Below, in pieces: positions 1 to 10,147 of a DNA stretch of 62,359 nucleotides. The DNA is taken from positions 1 through 62,359 of the IMG/VR virus record IMGVR_UViG_3300032290_000471; one strand, 5' to 3'. Within the stretch, counting starts at the first letter, position 1, and every line of letters begins with the position of its first letter. Made by a program: the position numbers and the translations under genes. The stretch comes from a virus (lineage: Duplodnaviria; Caudoviricetes). A model generated the notes under the pieces. That model ran no database searches. It saw nothing but the letters and a program-made list of their open reading frames with translations, and had not been told where the DNA came from.

Positions 1-123
1 GATAGTGTCATCCTAACTAAGGGTGAGGAGACGCAGACAATACCATTAAAAGAATTACAACAACATATAACTGATACATATGCCGTTCAAAAACCTACAA
101 CAAATGAAAGCGTGTTACGCGCA
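1..123. repeat. Exact 123-bp terminal direct repeat, copy 1 (circular assembly overlap)
   Basis: Identical to 62237-62359 and lies in-frame within a continuous ORF. Confidence 0.95.
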
Positions 124-3100
124 AAACAATCCGAAATGGGATTGCAAGAAGTGGTCGAAGGAGACCAAGAACTTGATGTCGTTAAGACCGAAGAGCAAAA
201 GCGCAAAGAAGAAATAGAAACAGCTTTAGCTCAGCCTGATAATGGCAAAGGTACTGTTACCATTGGAGATCAATTAATAGAGAGAACGGCATTAGAAACT
301 GAATTGGCTGATATAAACAAGAAGATGGAAGATTCAACAAAAGCAGCCGAGCCTGAAAAGCCAAAAAATGAAATAGAAGATTTGTTGGATGCCGATACAA
401 GTCAGAAAGACAACTTAAAGAAGGTATATGACTTTTTGGATAGGATAGATAAAAATCTTACCGAAAAGACAAAATTTGGTGCAGCGGCTAATGAGTTTAT
501 GAGATTCTTTCCTCTTGAAACATTAAGGTTGGTTGTGAAAGGAGTAAAGGTATTGGTTGAAGGAGGTATGAAATTGCGTGATGCAATAAAAAAAGTATCT
601 GCTGAAAATAAGGTTTCAGAAGATGATGTCAAGTCAGCATTGTCTTACGCAAAAGAAAAAGGCGATTTGCTTGAATTGCCTGACTATGAAAAAACGATTA
701 ATGAAATTCAGGACTACGCTGATTTCGCTACTAACAAAAAGGAATATTGGTCAGAAGAGGTTAAAAGTAGGACAGAGTCGTACAATAAATACGAGAAAAG
801 CGAAAGGTATAGAAAAGGATCACTTACAGAGCAAAGACTAAAGGAAGATATACAAGAGGCCAAGAATGAGCTGAAGAAGTATACTGAAGGCAATCTTGAG
901 GAGGCAATGAAGATATTAGAGGAGAGTGAGACATATAAATCAGCTTCTGATGTTCAGCGTGAGTCTTTGGTAAGAGATATGAGAGAGAGATTTGAGTTAA
1001 AAGAAAAGAAAGCGCCCAAGCCTGAGGAGTTGTTCGGTGATGTTGCTGATATTAATAAGGCGATGGAAGAGATTAAGTTTGAGTTTGAGGATGCCGAAAA
1101 GTCGAAGATATATTTAGAAGACAAGTACGAGAAGGCAAAGGCTGCATATGACGAAAGTGTAAATAAAGGTAAGCCTAGTGAAGCTCTTAAGAGAAACATG
1201 GACAAAGCCAAGGCTGAGATTGAGGAGTATAAGACAAAGAACATAGAGGCGGCAAAAAAAGCATTAAGGAAAACTGAGACATACAAAAAGGCTTCTCCTG
1301 AGCGACAGCAGAAGATGGAGAAGTACTTGGAGGATAGGTTCTTAAGACGTAAAGAGGTGCTCCCAACAAAGCTATTCGAAGGGGCTAAAGAAGGTGGTAA
1401 GGTTACTACAACAAACAAAAGGATTTGGGCTGAAAAACTTAAGTCTTTTTTCAATGGTATAAAAAGCCATGCTAACGCATTGGCAAAAACAAGAAATGCC
1501 ATAAAAGAATCCATCAATGATTTGGCCAAGGGAGGTAAGATAACAGCCAAGCAGGCGGCTACACTCATAGAAAGAGCATCTAAGGTTAAGATATTCAATG
1601 AAGAATCAATAACAAAGTTTGTTGACTATGCATCTAAGCTGTTTGCTGATGCGGATTATGCTAGTAAACTTAACAACGCAAAGTCGCTTAGGAAGAGCGT
1701 TAGCAAGTTGTCAAGAAACAAAGAGACCAACTTGGACTTGAAAGAGATGGGCGAACGCTTCGCTGAGATTGACCCGTCAATGGTTGACAATATTGACCTG
1801 TACAATGAGAATGCAACAAAGATTGCAGACGCTATGAAGGCGTCGTTGGGTAGAAAGTTAGGCGAGACTGTTGTCATAGAGAAGATGTCTGACTACGTAA
1901 AAGAGACAATGGACGCTCAGATTGAGAAGATGACAGAGATAAAGCAGAAGCAGTTGGAGGAGCTTGGTATAGATGCCACCGATATGTCTTATAGTCAGAT
2001 TGTTGAACTGATGAAGGCGCTGAAAGAAGACAAGCCGTTAACTGACGAGCAGGAGAAAGCTGCTAGGGATATTGCAAAGAAGCAGTTTGAGATGAATGCG
2101 GCCATAATAAACGAAATGATTGAGTCGGGAAAGGACCCATTCACGGGCGACGATATTGAGTTTACCGATACTCAGAAAAGATTGGTTAAGGAGTTCATGG
2201 ATATGAACCTGTCTTATCTGTCTGTTAAAGAAGCCAATGCTGCTGCTGCTGCCTTAGACAACTTTATCACCAATGGTTCTACAGCAAAGATGTCTGTTAT
2301 GGCTGATAGGTACAAAGGATTGGTTGAAACTAAAGAATTGTACGACAAAGGAGTAAGGGCAAAGTCATTGAAATCTATTATGCTGCTTGGCTTATTTCCT
2401 AAAACACTCGGTAGGATTTGGGCAGAAAAGATTGGTAGCGTTACCAATGTCATTGATAGGATATTCAGAAGCCCGGGGATAGCAGCAGAAGTATCAAAAG
2501 TTATTGGACTTACTGACGTCATAAATGGACACGCTAAAGGTGTTAGGGTAGCCCAAGACAGGATAAAAGCGTTTATAGATAAATTCAACAAGGGCGACTT
2601 CAACACAGCAGAAAATGATGTGGAGAGAGGTATGTATGCTGATTTGCTTAGAAGTACAGAAGGTACGCCTGAGCAGATAGCAGCAGAGTTCAATGCAAAG
2701 AAAGAGTCTATTAAAGAAGATATTAAAAAACTCAAAGAATCAAAAGACGATGACTTAATAAAGAAAGGAGAGTTGCATCAGAAGGTTTATGATAAAATAG
2801 TAAAGGACTCGAATAATGCTAAAGAGGTTAAGAGTAAAATGAATGAAAAAAATGCTGAGGCTATTGATTGGTGGATTAACGAATGGAGCAGTCATTTTGG
2901 TCCATTGTCTGAGCTTTTGGAATCAGTTTATAACAGAAGATTGGGCAAGGATTTGAACTATACTCCTAGAACAATAAAGTATATAAAGTCAAAGCCAAGA
3001 GAGATTGGTGAGATCGAGTCGGTATTTATGGCTAATAGAGGTGGTATATACACAGGAGAGACGGGCGTAATTATGGAGGCCACAAAGAATAAGCCTCCGA

Positions 3101-5307
3101 GAGATATGTATGTTGACTACTCTTTCAATAAGAACATGTCAGAGTCTTTGTATGACGCCATGATTGATATAAACACAGCTTCCAAGGTAGCCCGCTTGAA
3201 ATCAGCCGTAGACTCTCCGTTCTTTCAGGCAATGTTTGAAGGTAGCAAAGACTATGACGTTTTAAGAAATGTAATCAGCTCTTATGTCAGAGATATGAGA
3301 CATAAAACCATTTACGACCAATCAGAGTTGTCAAGTGGTATAAGAGCCATGAATAACATTGCTACATTGGGCGTTAACATGTCATTGTCAGGAGTAACTC
3401 AGCCTGCAAAGCAGGTTGTACCAATGCTTGGTAATACAATGACAAACGCAGGTGTTGTAAATACCATGAGTGCGATAGCTGCACTTACAAGAGGTGGGTT
3501 GGATTTTGTAAACAGGTCAGGAAGGGATGTTGCCGTTAGAGGACAAGAGTCCATGGTCAATATCAAAGATGTTAACTCAATGATTAAAAATGCTTCTGAG
3601 TCATTAGGCGGAAAATCTATAGACGCTATAGAGAACGCAAATAAGGCTATGCTTAAGTATACACTTAAGAATCCCGACGTTTGGGTAGCTAAAGCATCTT
3701 GGTTGGCTTATTATGAGAAGTATCTAAGGGACAATAAGTTGTATGAAACTGAGGCGATGAAAATGACTGAGAATGAAAGTAAATTGCTTGAAAAATATAA
3801 TAAAGAAGCTGAGGAGATATTGAATGACCCCAATGCTCATGAAATAGATGTCGATTGGGCGGAAAGATGGAAGAAAAATCCATTTATTGAGCAAAGAGAA
3901 AGTGTTAAATTTTGGGAAAGAGAATATGAGCAAGACCCATCAGAATCAAATAAAAATGCAGTCTCTGAGTCAAAAGAATTGTACAGCGCTTTATTGAAAA
4001 GCAGAGGTATTCAAGTAGGTAAATTATCTATAGACTATACAACGCATAAGTTAAACGAAAAGGCTGCTGACTATGCCGACTCTCAAGTAAGAAGACAGCA
4101 GAACGTATCACTCAGAGAATTGCAAGGTGGTATGTTTAAAAGCCAAAATACTTTTGAGAAGTTGTTTGTTCAGACGCTCATGCCATTTTCAAACTTTAGG
4201 ATGAACCAAAAGTCAAGGATGGGCAACGACATGTTTACCATATTCAGCGATGTGGCTACAAAGCAAGAGAAGTTAGACGCTGCTAGGTCATTGGCAGGTA
4301 CAGGAGTAGAGGCTGCTATGTTCAATGGTCTAAGAGTTGCCATAGGTTATGGTCTTTGGCAGGTAGCAAATGCGCTTATTGGAAACGAGCCAACAGAAGA
4401 GCAGGAAGATAAGTACATGAACACCATGATTAAGAGTTCAGCAACAGGCGTTGTCAACGACTTCTTCTCACCACTGCCGCCATTTGACGCTGCAACATCT
4501 TACGGAGCTAACATGTTATTTGATATAACCCAAGACTTGGCTGACATAGAGGACAAGGACAAGCTGAATGTGTTTGATGGTATGTCAAAGCAAGACATAA
4601 CAAAGGCATTTGGTCTGCTAGGTGTTGTGCCTTCAAGGATTGGTCAGACAGCAGAAGCTATCAATCTTTGGTCTACAGGAGACTTTAAAGACGACTTCGG
4701 AAGAGTCAAGAAGTTAAATGATGAGTCTAGAGACGCTATGGGTAACATGGCATTGATATCACTGTTGTCTTTGTCAGGGCTTGGTCTTGCTGAGACTAAT
4801 ACCATAGTTAAAGACGCCATCAAGATAATAAAGAAAGGCGCTAAGGTAGAATCAAAACTGACTCCTCAAGAGCAGAAGGATAAGGCCGAAGGTAAAAAAG
4901 AAAGACAAGAAACAAAGAAAGAAAAGATTAAATCAATAAATGTACTGATAGACCAACAAAACGACCCTGACGTGATAAGGGAACTCCTTAAAATAAGAAA
5001 GGAACTTGAAAAAGGAATGGATAAAAAAGAGAGGAGAAACGAAAAGAAGAAGATGGAAGAGCTGTTGCAGGGGTACGACTCTAAGTCAGACATGAAGCGT
5101 TATGACCCTGATTTATATGAAAGAACATTTGGCGAAGGAACTAAGTACTACATGGAGAACAGGGGAGAGATTGAGGCTGAAAAGAAATTGAGGGAGTATA
5201 TGAGAGAGCAGGAAGATATAGAGCGTAATTACACTCCTAAACCGAAAAGACAGAGACTTAGATTTGAAAACAAGCGTACGCTTAGATTCAGAAGGACAGG
5301 TCCTTAA
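1..5307 (+). CDS. C-terminal part of giant (~2,698 aa) putative internal virion/ejection protein that starts at 59447
   Basis: Frame is open from base 1 and continuous with 59447-62236 across the junction; helical and charged; last gene of the structural arm. Confidence 0.75.
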   Translation, partial: DSVILTKGEETQTIPLKELQQHITDTYAVQKPTTNESVLRAKQSEMGLQEVVEGDQELDVVKTEEQKRKEEIETALAQPDNGKGTVTIGDQLIERTALETELADINKKMEDSTKAAEPEKPKNEIEDLLDADTSQKDNLKKVYDFLDRIDKNLTEKTKFGAAANEFMRFFPLETLRLVVKGVKVLVEGGMKLRDAIKKVSAENKVSEDDVKSALSYAKEKGDLLELPDYEKTINEIQDYADFATNKKEYWSEEVKSRTESYNKYEKSERYRKGSLTEQRLKEDIQEAKNELKKYTEGNLEEAMKILEESETYKSASDVQRESLVRDMRERFELKEKKAPKPEELFGDVADINKAMEEIKFEFEDAEKSKIYLEDKYEKAKAAYDESVNKGKPSEALKRNMDKAKAEIEEYKTKNIEAAKKALRKTETYKKASPERQQKMEKYLEDRFLRRKEVLPTKLFEGAKEGGKVTTTNKRIWAEKLKSFFNGIKSHANALAKTRNAIKESINDLAKGGKITAKQAATLIERASKVKIFNEESITKFVDYASKLFADADYASKLNNAKSLRKSVSKLSRNKETNLDLKEMGERFAEIDPSMVDNIDLYNENATKIADAMKASLGRKLGETVVIEKMSDYVKETMDAQIEKMTEIKQKQLEELGIDATDMSYSQIVELMKALKEDKPLTDEQEKAARDIAKKQFEMNAAIINEMIESGKDPFTGDDIEFTDTQKRLVKEFMDMNLSYLSVKEANAAAAALDNFITNGSTAKMSVMADRYKGLVETKELYDKGVRAKSLKSIMLLGLFPKTLGRIWAEKIGSVTNVIDRIFRSPGIAAEVSKVIGLTDVINGHAKGVRVAQDRIKAFIDKFNKGDFNTAENDVERGMYADLLRSTEGTPEQIAAEFNAKKESIKEDIKKLKESKDDDLIKKGELHQKVYDKIVKDSNNAKEVKSKMNEKNAEAIDWWINEWSSHFGPLSELLESVYNRRLGKDLNYTPRTIKYIKSKPREIGEIESVFMANRGGIYTGETGVIMEATKNKPPRDMYVDYSFNKNMSESLYDAMIDINTASKVARLKSAVDSPFFQAMFEGSKDYDVLRNVISSYVRDMRHKTIYDQSELSSGIRAMNNIATLGVNMSLSGVTQPAKQVVPMLGNTMTNAGVVNTMSAIAALTRGGLDFVNRSGRDVAVRGQESMVNIKDVNSMIKNASESLGGKSIDAIENANKAMLKYTLKNPDVWVAKASWLAYYEKYLRDNKLYETEAMKMTENESKLLEKYNKEAEEILNDPNAHEIDVDWAERWKKNPFIEQRESVKFWEREYEQDPSESNKNAVSESKELYSALLKSRGIQVGKLSIDYTTHKLNEKAADYADSQVRRQQNVSLRELQGGMFKSQNTFEKLFVQTLMPFSNFRMNQKSRMGNDMFTIFSDVATKQEKLDAARSLAGTGVEAAMFNGLRVAIGYGLWQVANALIGNEPTEEQEDKYMNTMIKSSATGVVNDFFSPLPPFDAATSYGANMLFDITQDLADIEDKDKLNVFDGMSKQDITKAFGLLGVVPSRIGQTAEAINLWSTGDFKDDFGRVKKLNDESRDAMGNMALISLLSLSGLGLAETNTIVKDAIKIIKKGAKVESKLTPQEQKDKAEGKKERQETKKEKIKSINVLIDQQNDPDVIRELLKIRKELEKGMDKKERRNEKKKMEELLQGYDSKSDMKRYDPDLYERTFGEGTKYYMENRGEIEAEKKLREYMREQEDIERNYTPKPKRQRLRFENKRTLRFRRTGP

Positions 5308-5717
5308 TACCTTACATATCTGAGCGCCTTCTGCTTATGGTAATATGCCATTAGTTCAAGGTCATTATAGCTACCGGGGCGTGGAGTAGTCCCGCCCCAC
5401 CTAACCTCTCCTACTAACTCTTTGGGGTCGCCGTATATGATACCATCATCGCAGGCCCATATAAGCCAACAGTCTGTGCGCTTGGCTAACAACTTCACAA
5501 CCTTTGCTACTGACACAGGGAGTGGGTAGGCGTCCCGCATAAAGCGTATCCTACCCTTAACCTCTGCGTAACCAACGTGGGAGCCGTCAGTATCCAATAT
5601 CTTGTAGTCTATGTCAAACTTATCCAACTTTTGGAATCGGTATGACTTCATCTCAGTAAACTTCTCAATAGCTTTCTTCTCCCTGACCAAGTCCTGCTCT
5701 GTCTCAAAAATCTTCAT
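5304..5717 (-). CDS. PD-(D/E)XK-like nuclease
   Basis: FDIDY...YAEVKGR motif pattern. Confidence 0.55.
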   Translation of the reverse strand: MKIFETEQDLVREKKAIEKFTEMKSYRFQKLDKFDIDYKILDTDGSHVGYAEVKGRIRFMRDAYPLPVSVAKVVKLLAKRTDCWLIWACDDGIIYGDPKELVGEVRWGGTTPRPGSYNDLELMAYYHKQKALRYVRY

Positions 5718-5898
5718 CCTCTATTAGTTTTTGAATGAATCTTATCTCCCTTATCAACGCCTTGGCGTCTACCATTGCCCTGTCATATTCAGAGTCTACT
5801 AGATGCTCGTAGAGTTTACTTACGATTAAATGCATATCGTTTGTCATATTCAATATGCGTACTGCTCTTTGATTATCTAGCTCTCTTTGGCTTTGCAT
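5704..5898 (-). CDS. Hypothetical protein
   Basis: 64-aa ORF tightly packed in the operon. Confidence 0.6.
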   Translation of the reverse strand: MQSQRELDNQRAVRILNMTNDMHLIVSKLYEHLVDSEYDRAMVDAKALIREIRFIQKLIEDEDF

Positions 5899-5908
5899 GT
5901 CAGTTGCT

Positions 5909-6412
5909 TTAATAGCAATTGAACATCTCGTTTATTCGCCGCTCAATGAGTTTCTCTTCTCCCATCTTCGTTCGGCTGTCGATAAGTTCAATTATGTTTT
6001 GAAGTCTTTTATACTTGGTTCTATTGTGTTCAACATAATCTCTTATCGCCTCCAACTTAGCCACCTGCTCTTCCAATGCTACCAACTTCTTTGTCAGGTA
6101 AGAATCTTTGGCAGTTCTAAGAGGTCCCCTGTCCTTCATAAACTCATCCTTGCAGGTTATGTACTTGTCCTTGATGGCAGGGAATTGATAGAATATGTCG
6201 TCTACTATTGACATGTAATATACTATGGTCGTATGGTCCTTGTTTATAGACTGCGATATGTTTGTCACTGTATACCCTCTCTCTCTGAGTATCTTTGCGT
6301 ATATCATCCTTGCATCCACAATCTCTCTAGACCGCTTCCTTTCCATTACATTAATCTTCATTTTTCTTTTGATAATTTCTTTAAGTTGTTCTGCTTCCAA
6401 TTCGATTGACAT
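5909..6412 (-). CDS. DnaA C-terminal (domain IV)-like HTH protein with coiled-coil tail
   Basis: RKRSREIVDARMIY...ISQSINKDHTTIVY resembles the DnaA domain IV R.R.....AR...RDHTTV pattern. Confidence 0.65.
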   Translation of the reverse strand: MSIELEAEQLKEIIKRKMKINVMERKRSREIVDARMIYAKILRERGYTVTNISQSINKDHTTIVYYMSIVDDIFYQFPAIKDKYITCKDEFMKDRGPLRTAKDSYLTKKLVALEEQVAKLEAIRDYVEHNRTKYKRLQNIIELIDSRTKMGEEKLIERRINEMFNCY

Positions 6413-6427
6413 TTTATTTAATTTAAG

Positions 6428-7327
6428 TTACAACAATCCTTTATAATAACCGCCGAATTTAACCTGTAATAATTTATTTAGCACCTCATCGTCCTCCAAT
6501 ATTTTCTGAGCGTACACAGGCACGGCGTATTTTGTGTACTCTGATGCATGAATTTTCCTGAATTTTCCATTCACCATAAACCCTATCAACGCCCCACTGC
6601 CATATTCGTTTATGGCATATACAGGGTATCCGTTGACTACTTTTCCTCCATACTCTACCTTATATTCCCGCTTCACAGCGAACCTCCTTGGGGTATCCTT
6701 TTTCTTCACACTGTCTATCTTAGGTATTATGTGAAGTATCTGATTCCTTAGTAACAGCTCGTCTGCGGTAAGCAACATGTATGGCTTTACAGTAACAGGA
6801 ACATACAGCGGAAGATTTACTATGTCTCCGTAGTACTCACTACTGCTATCTATACACTTGTACTCGTTTACGACTATCGGGCATATCCTGACGTCATATA
6901 TCGGCACAGGTGCATTTGAGTTAACTATCTGATTCTCCAACTCTCTTTGGTAGAACCTGTACTCGTCTATGTACTGATAATACTGAGCGTATGTTATATC
7001 CTTATACTTCTTATTGGTTTTACCAACAGAGAACTTTGATGCTTCAATCTTGGCAACCTCCCTTCGTATTACCGAAAACATTCTTCGTGCCTCATAAAGC
7101 ATGTCAAACACACCCTCCCTTTCGCTGTTGCTGAGTACCTCCTGCGACCTTGTCTTGATGTATGCCCTGTTATTCTCATAAAAATTAAACACCTTCAACG
7201 CATTGTCATAAAGAGCTAAGCTGTCGTTTTCTGTCGGACACTCTACGTTGTTTCCGTAGGCGTCTCTACATTGAGAAAATGACAGGAATGACCATAGGAT
7301 AAGGATTAGGGTTAGGGGTGTTTTCAT
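6428..7327 (-). CDS. Secreted hypothetical protein
   Basis: N-terminal signal peptide MKTPLTLILILWSFLSFS followed by Q; 299 aa. Confidence 0.7.
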   Translation of the reverse strand: MKTPLTLILILWSFLSFSQCRDAYGNNVECPTENDSLALYDNALKVFNFYENNRAYIKTRSQEVLSNSEREGVFDMLYEARRMFSVIRREVAKIEASKFSVGKTNKKYKDITYAQYYQYIDEYRFYQRELENQIVNSNAPVPIYDVRICPIVVNEYKCIDSSSEYYGDIVNLPLYVPVTVKPYMLLTADELLLRNQILHIIPKIDSVKKKDTPRRFAVKREYKVEYGGKVVNGYPVYAINEYGSGALIGFMVNGKFRKIHASEYTKYAVPVYAQKILEDDEVLNKLLQVKFGGYYKGLL

Positions 7328-7331
7328 ACCC

Positions 7332-7339
7332 CAAAAATA
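7332..7339 (-). promoter_or_regulatory. Bacteroidota -7 promoter box TATTTTTG
   Basis: Matches TAnnTTTG, 4 nt upstream of the ATG at 7327. Confidence 0.5.
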
Positions 7340-7447
7340 CTAATTCATTTTCTTTATTTCTTTGTACAGGTCGAACAGCGTCCAAGCGGAAATCGATATG
7401 CAAAGTATTGATATAGAAGACAATAGGAATAATATCATTTCTTTCAT
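7340..7447 (-). CDS. Small membrane peptide (35 aa)
   Basis: MKEMILFLLSSISILCISISAWTLFDLYKEIKKMN; start overlaps the VRR-NUC stop; not in ORF track. Confidence 0.5.
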   Translation of the reverse strand: MKEMILFLLSSISILCISISAWTLFDLYKEIKKMN

Positions 7448-7683
7448 GGTTTATGTATTTCTGTCTTGATGCCGTGGTCATTTAACTCCCTCATTCTGAA
7501 CTCCTGCAACTTGGATACCTTACCATTTGCTGCCTTCACCTCTACAAACAAAACGTCAGCGTCTTTAGGTATCGCCAAAAGGTCAGGTATGCCGTTTTTA
7601 TTGGTCCTAATCAGCTTGATGACATAGTAACCCTGAGCCTCTAGCTCCTTTATCTTCTTGGTTTGTATCTGCTGCTCGGTCAT
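7444..7683 (-). CDS. VRR-NUC domain nuclease
   Basis: EQQIQ...GIPDL...FVEVK...SKLQ. Confidence 0.85.
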   Translation of the reverse strand: MTEQQIQTKKIKELEAQGYYVIKLIRTNKNGIPDLLAIPKDADVLFVEVKAANGKVSKLQEFRMRELNDHGIKTEIHKP

Positions 7684-7967
7684 TTCTTACTTGATTTGCC
7701 GTTGTGTCCGTTGCGTGCCCTGTTGGCCTTCTGACGCTCGGCAACCAATCTGCCTGACTTGGTATGGCTCATATCCTTGCCGTCACCATTGCCATATGTT
7801 CCCGCCTCTCTATTGGCCTTATTCAGCCTTGCACGATAGCGCTTTCTCTCAGGAGACGCTTGGTACTCCTTGTCGTACTCCAACTTGCGCTTCTTTGAAG
7901 CCTCCGACATGTTTAGTCTGTCATATGACGGGTGATTGCCCGCCAATCCGTTACGTTTACTTTTCAT
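7680..7967 (-). CDS. Basic protein, degenerate HNH-like
   Basis: GDGKDMSH...ANRARN resembles the tail of small phage HNH proteins. Confidence 0.45.
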   Translation of the reverse strand: MKSKRNGLAGNHPSYDRLNMSEASKKRKLEYDKEYQASPERKRYRARLNKANREAGTYGNGDGKDMSHTKSGRLVAERQKANRARNGHNGKSSKK

Positions 7968-9415
7968 ATTAATTTTTTGAAGTGAGAAAGCGTAAAGTCC
8001 TTCTTTTTAGTTACGGTCTTGTATATATCCATCTCAATGCCACCCTTTGAGAACACCCAAAAAACCTCGTTCTCTGCACGCTCCTTGGTAGTCATCCTAT
8101 CCTTAGACTGCCAATAACTAGTGGCGCTGAAATCTATATTGTAATATACAAGATATTTCGCCATTTTCAAAGAGATACCCTCACGCCCCGAAACTATCTG
8201 CAAAGCTATGTTCTTTTTCGTTTCGTTAAATTCGTCTATGTCTGTGGTCAGGTCGTCGCCGAACACTGACTGAAGTGCTGACAGCTCCTCCTTGAACTTG
8301 TAGAAGATTCCTATTTTGCAGTTCGCAAACCGCGAACGGATGAACTCAGCCTTGGTGGTATCCAATACCATTGACTTTCCGCTCTCAAACTTTATCGTTC
8401 CCGAGCATAGCTGATGCACCTTCATCATCAGCTTTACAGGCGTGTCAGCGAGTATCAGCTCGTCCTTGCCCTCAATGACCAAGTCTCTTTTAAGCCTGTC
8501 TACGAGAGCCATAGTCGATGGCTTCATCTCAACCTCAAGCACATGCTCCTGTACCGACGATACGAATCCCGCTTGCGCCTGTGTGTATGAGATGGTGTAC
8601 GTCTCCATAGCCTTCAAGATGGTATCCAATCCGTTTGAGTAGTCATTCATCAGCATGCCGTTTACTTTCTTCTGCTTTACCTTTACGAAGGTGTCAGCGA
8701 AGCGGTAGAAGTTGCTGAACGACCTGAATGGATTGTTACGTATGCCATATACCTGATGGTACATCTGAGAGTACGACTCAGGCGTTGGTGTTCCCGACAG
8801 CAAGATGACCTTGCACCCTAAGTTACGTACAAGATCATGCACGAGCTTGGCTCTTGCGCTTGGCTTGGGGAAGGCCCCCATGCTGTGCGCCTCATCGCAA
8901 ATGATGAGGTCCCAAATTTCGCTGTCCATAACCGTGTGCAGAGACTCATAGTTGATGATAGTCAGCTTAAAGTTCGGACTCAGCTTGTCATAGTCATCCT
9001 GTATAGTTGATAAGGCTTTCTTTTTTGTTATAAACAGGGCGTTATTGATGCCTATTTTTTCTACTATACCAAATGATGTGAGAGTTTTCCCGGTGCGAAC
9101 CTCCATGGCGAGGTAGAGAAATCCGTGGTCCATGATGATTTTGTACCCACGATTGATGATGTCCAACTGATAGGGCCTGTAGTCGAAACTCGGCTTGCTA
9201 TAGTATTCAATGCTTTCTTTGATTTTGGCTTTTGTAGCTTCATCTGATTTGTATTTTGGCTTTTTCACAATCTGTATTTTTGGTGCCCTTCCTGTCTTCA
9301 CGTCAACAGTCTTGCCGACAACAGCGTCTAGCATATTGCAGTAGTCCAACATCATTTCGTTGGTATATCCTATCTTTCGTTCGATTATCATTTTATGCTG
9401 TACAAGCGCAGTCAA
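7964..9415 (-). CDS. SF2 (SNF2-like) helicase
   Basis: RPYQ, MEVRTGKT (Walker A), DEAH, SGTP, GREGISL, QSKDR. Confidence 0.9.
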   Translation of the reverse strand: MTALVQHKMIIERKIGYTNEMMLDYCNMLDAVVGKTVDVKTGRAPKIQIVKKPKYKSDEATKAKIKESIEYYSKPSFDYRPYQLDIINRGYKIIMDHGFLYLAMEVRTGKTLTSFGIVEKIGINNALFITKKKALSTIQDDYDKLSPNFKLTIINYESLHTVMDSEIWDLIICDEAHSMGAFPKPSARAKLVHDLVRNLGCKVILLSGTPTPESYSQMYHQVYGIRNNPFRSFSNFYRFADTFVKVKQKKVNGMLMNDYSNGLDTILKAMETYTISYTQAQAGFVSSVQEHVLEVEMKPSTMALVDRLKRDLVIEGKDELILADTPVKLMMKVHQLCSGTIKFESGKSMVLDTTKAEFIRSRFANCKIGIFYKFKEELSALQSVFGDDLTTDIDEFNETKKNIALQIVSGREGISLKMAKYLVYYNIDFSATSYWQSKDRMTTKERAENEVFWVFSKGGIEMDIYKTVTKKKDFTLSHFKKLI

Positions 9416-10133
9416 ACGCAGGTTTAATCGATTCTAAATCTTGATTCTTAAATAAATTATTTTGAGCTAAGTCCCTTAGTTGTCTATATGTAATATCAGG
9501 GAAGTAAGTATGACCGCCAAAAGCGCCATGTTTTTGAGCTTCATCTTCATCGGCTATCCATTTGTCTGCTAACTCAGGAAATGAAGATAGTATATTGATT
9601 ATGGCATTTTTACCTTTCATAAAGCATAGGTCACAATTTCCAAGTATAGAAGGTATCTCAAGTGTGTATGGCTTCTTTGACCAATAGTCATTTATCATAT
9701 CCTTGGTTATACCTTTATCGTATAGCGGGAATCTATCTATTACTTTCTTGTATTTCTGAACTCTTCTCTTTACCCTTAGTGGCTCATCTGCCCTGAATCC
9801 AATGAAGTTTTCAAATCTTAATATGCCCAATGTTTTTAGGTATCTTTTTGTGGTCTTTATTTTAAGTTCATCAGTGCAAATTCTTTTAACCCTATTAGGT
9901 ATCACCTTGTGGTTTTTCTTTATAAGCAATGCCTTGAATGGGTCTTCTGCATCCATATACTTTAATCTTATTACAGGTATGCCTTCATGAGCCTCAAAGT
10001 CATTTATAAATTTGTAAGTCTTTGGATGTTCTCTACCTGTGTCGCAGAATATAACTAAATCACCTTCTTTGTATTCGTGTATAGTCATATATGCAGATGT
10101 TTTACCTCCGCTGAATAAAATTACTCTTTGCAT
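9393..10133 (-). CDS. PAPS-reductase-family (PP-loop) protein
   Basis: FSGGKTS PP-loop, DTGREHP, RICTDELK, GFRADE, GNCDLCF. Confidence 0.85.
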   Translation of the reverse strand: MQRVILFSGGKTSAYMTIHEYKEGDLVIFCDTGREHPKTYKFINDFEAHEGIPVIRLKYMDAEDPFKALLIKKNHKVIPNRVKRICTDELKIKTTKRYLKTLGILRFENFIGFRADEPLRVKRRVQKYKKVIDRFPLYDKGITKDMINDYWSKKPYTLEIPSILGNCDLCFMKGKNAIINILSSFPELADKWIADEDEAQKHGAFGGHTYFPDITYRQLRDLAQNNLFKNQDLESIKPAFDCACTA

Positions 10134-10147
10134 TATTTAATTTTTTA

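Noticed and set aside
1-123. Biological direct terminal repeat
   Set aside because: It falls mid-gene and in frame, which fits an assembler overlap of a circular or permuted contig; true ends more likely lie elsewhere
954-2735. Antisense ORFs of 214 and 173 aa
   Set aside because: S/L/F-rich shadows of a Lys/Glu-rich sense gene
112-5307. Independent 1,731-aa gene, or a virion RNA polymerase
   Set aside because: The frame is open upstream across the junction to ATG 59447, and no RNAP catalytic motif was seen
9393-10133. Complete Dnd/Ssp phosphorothioation system or sulfur-assimilation gene
   Set aside because: No cysteine desulfurase, DndD/SspC ATPase or other partner genes recognised
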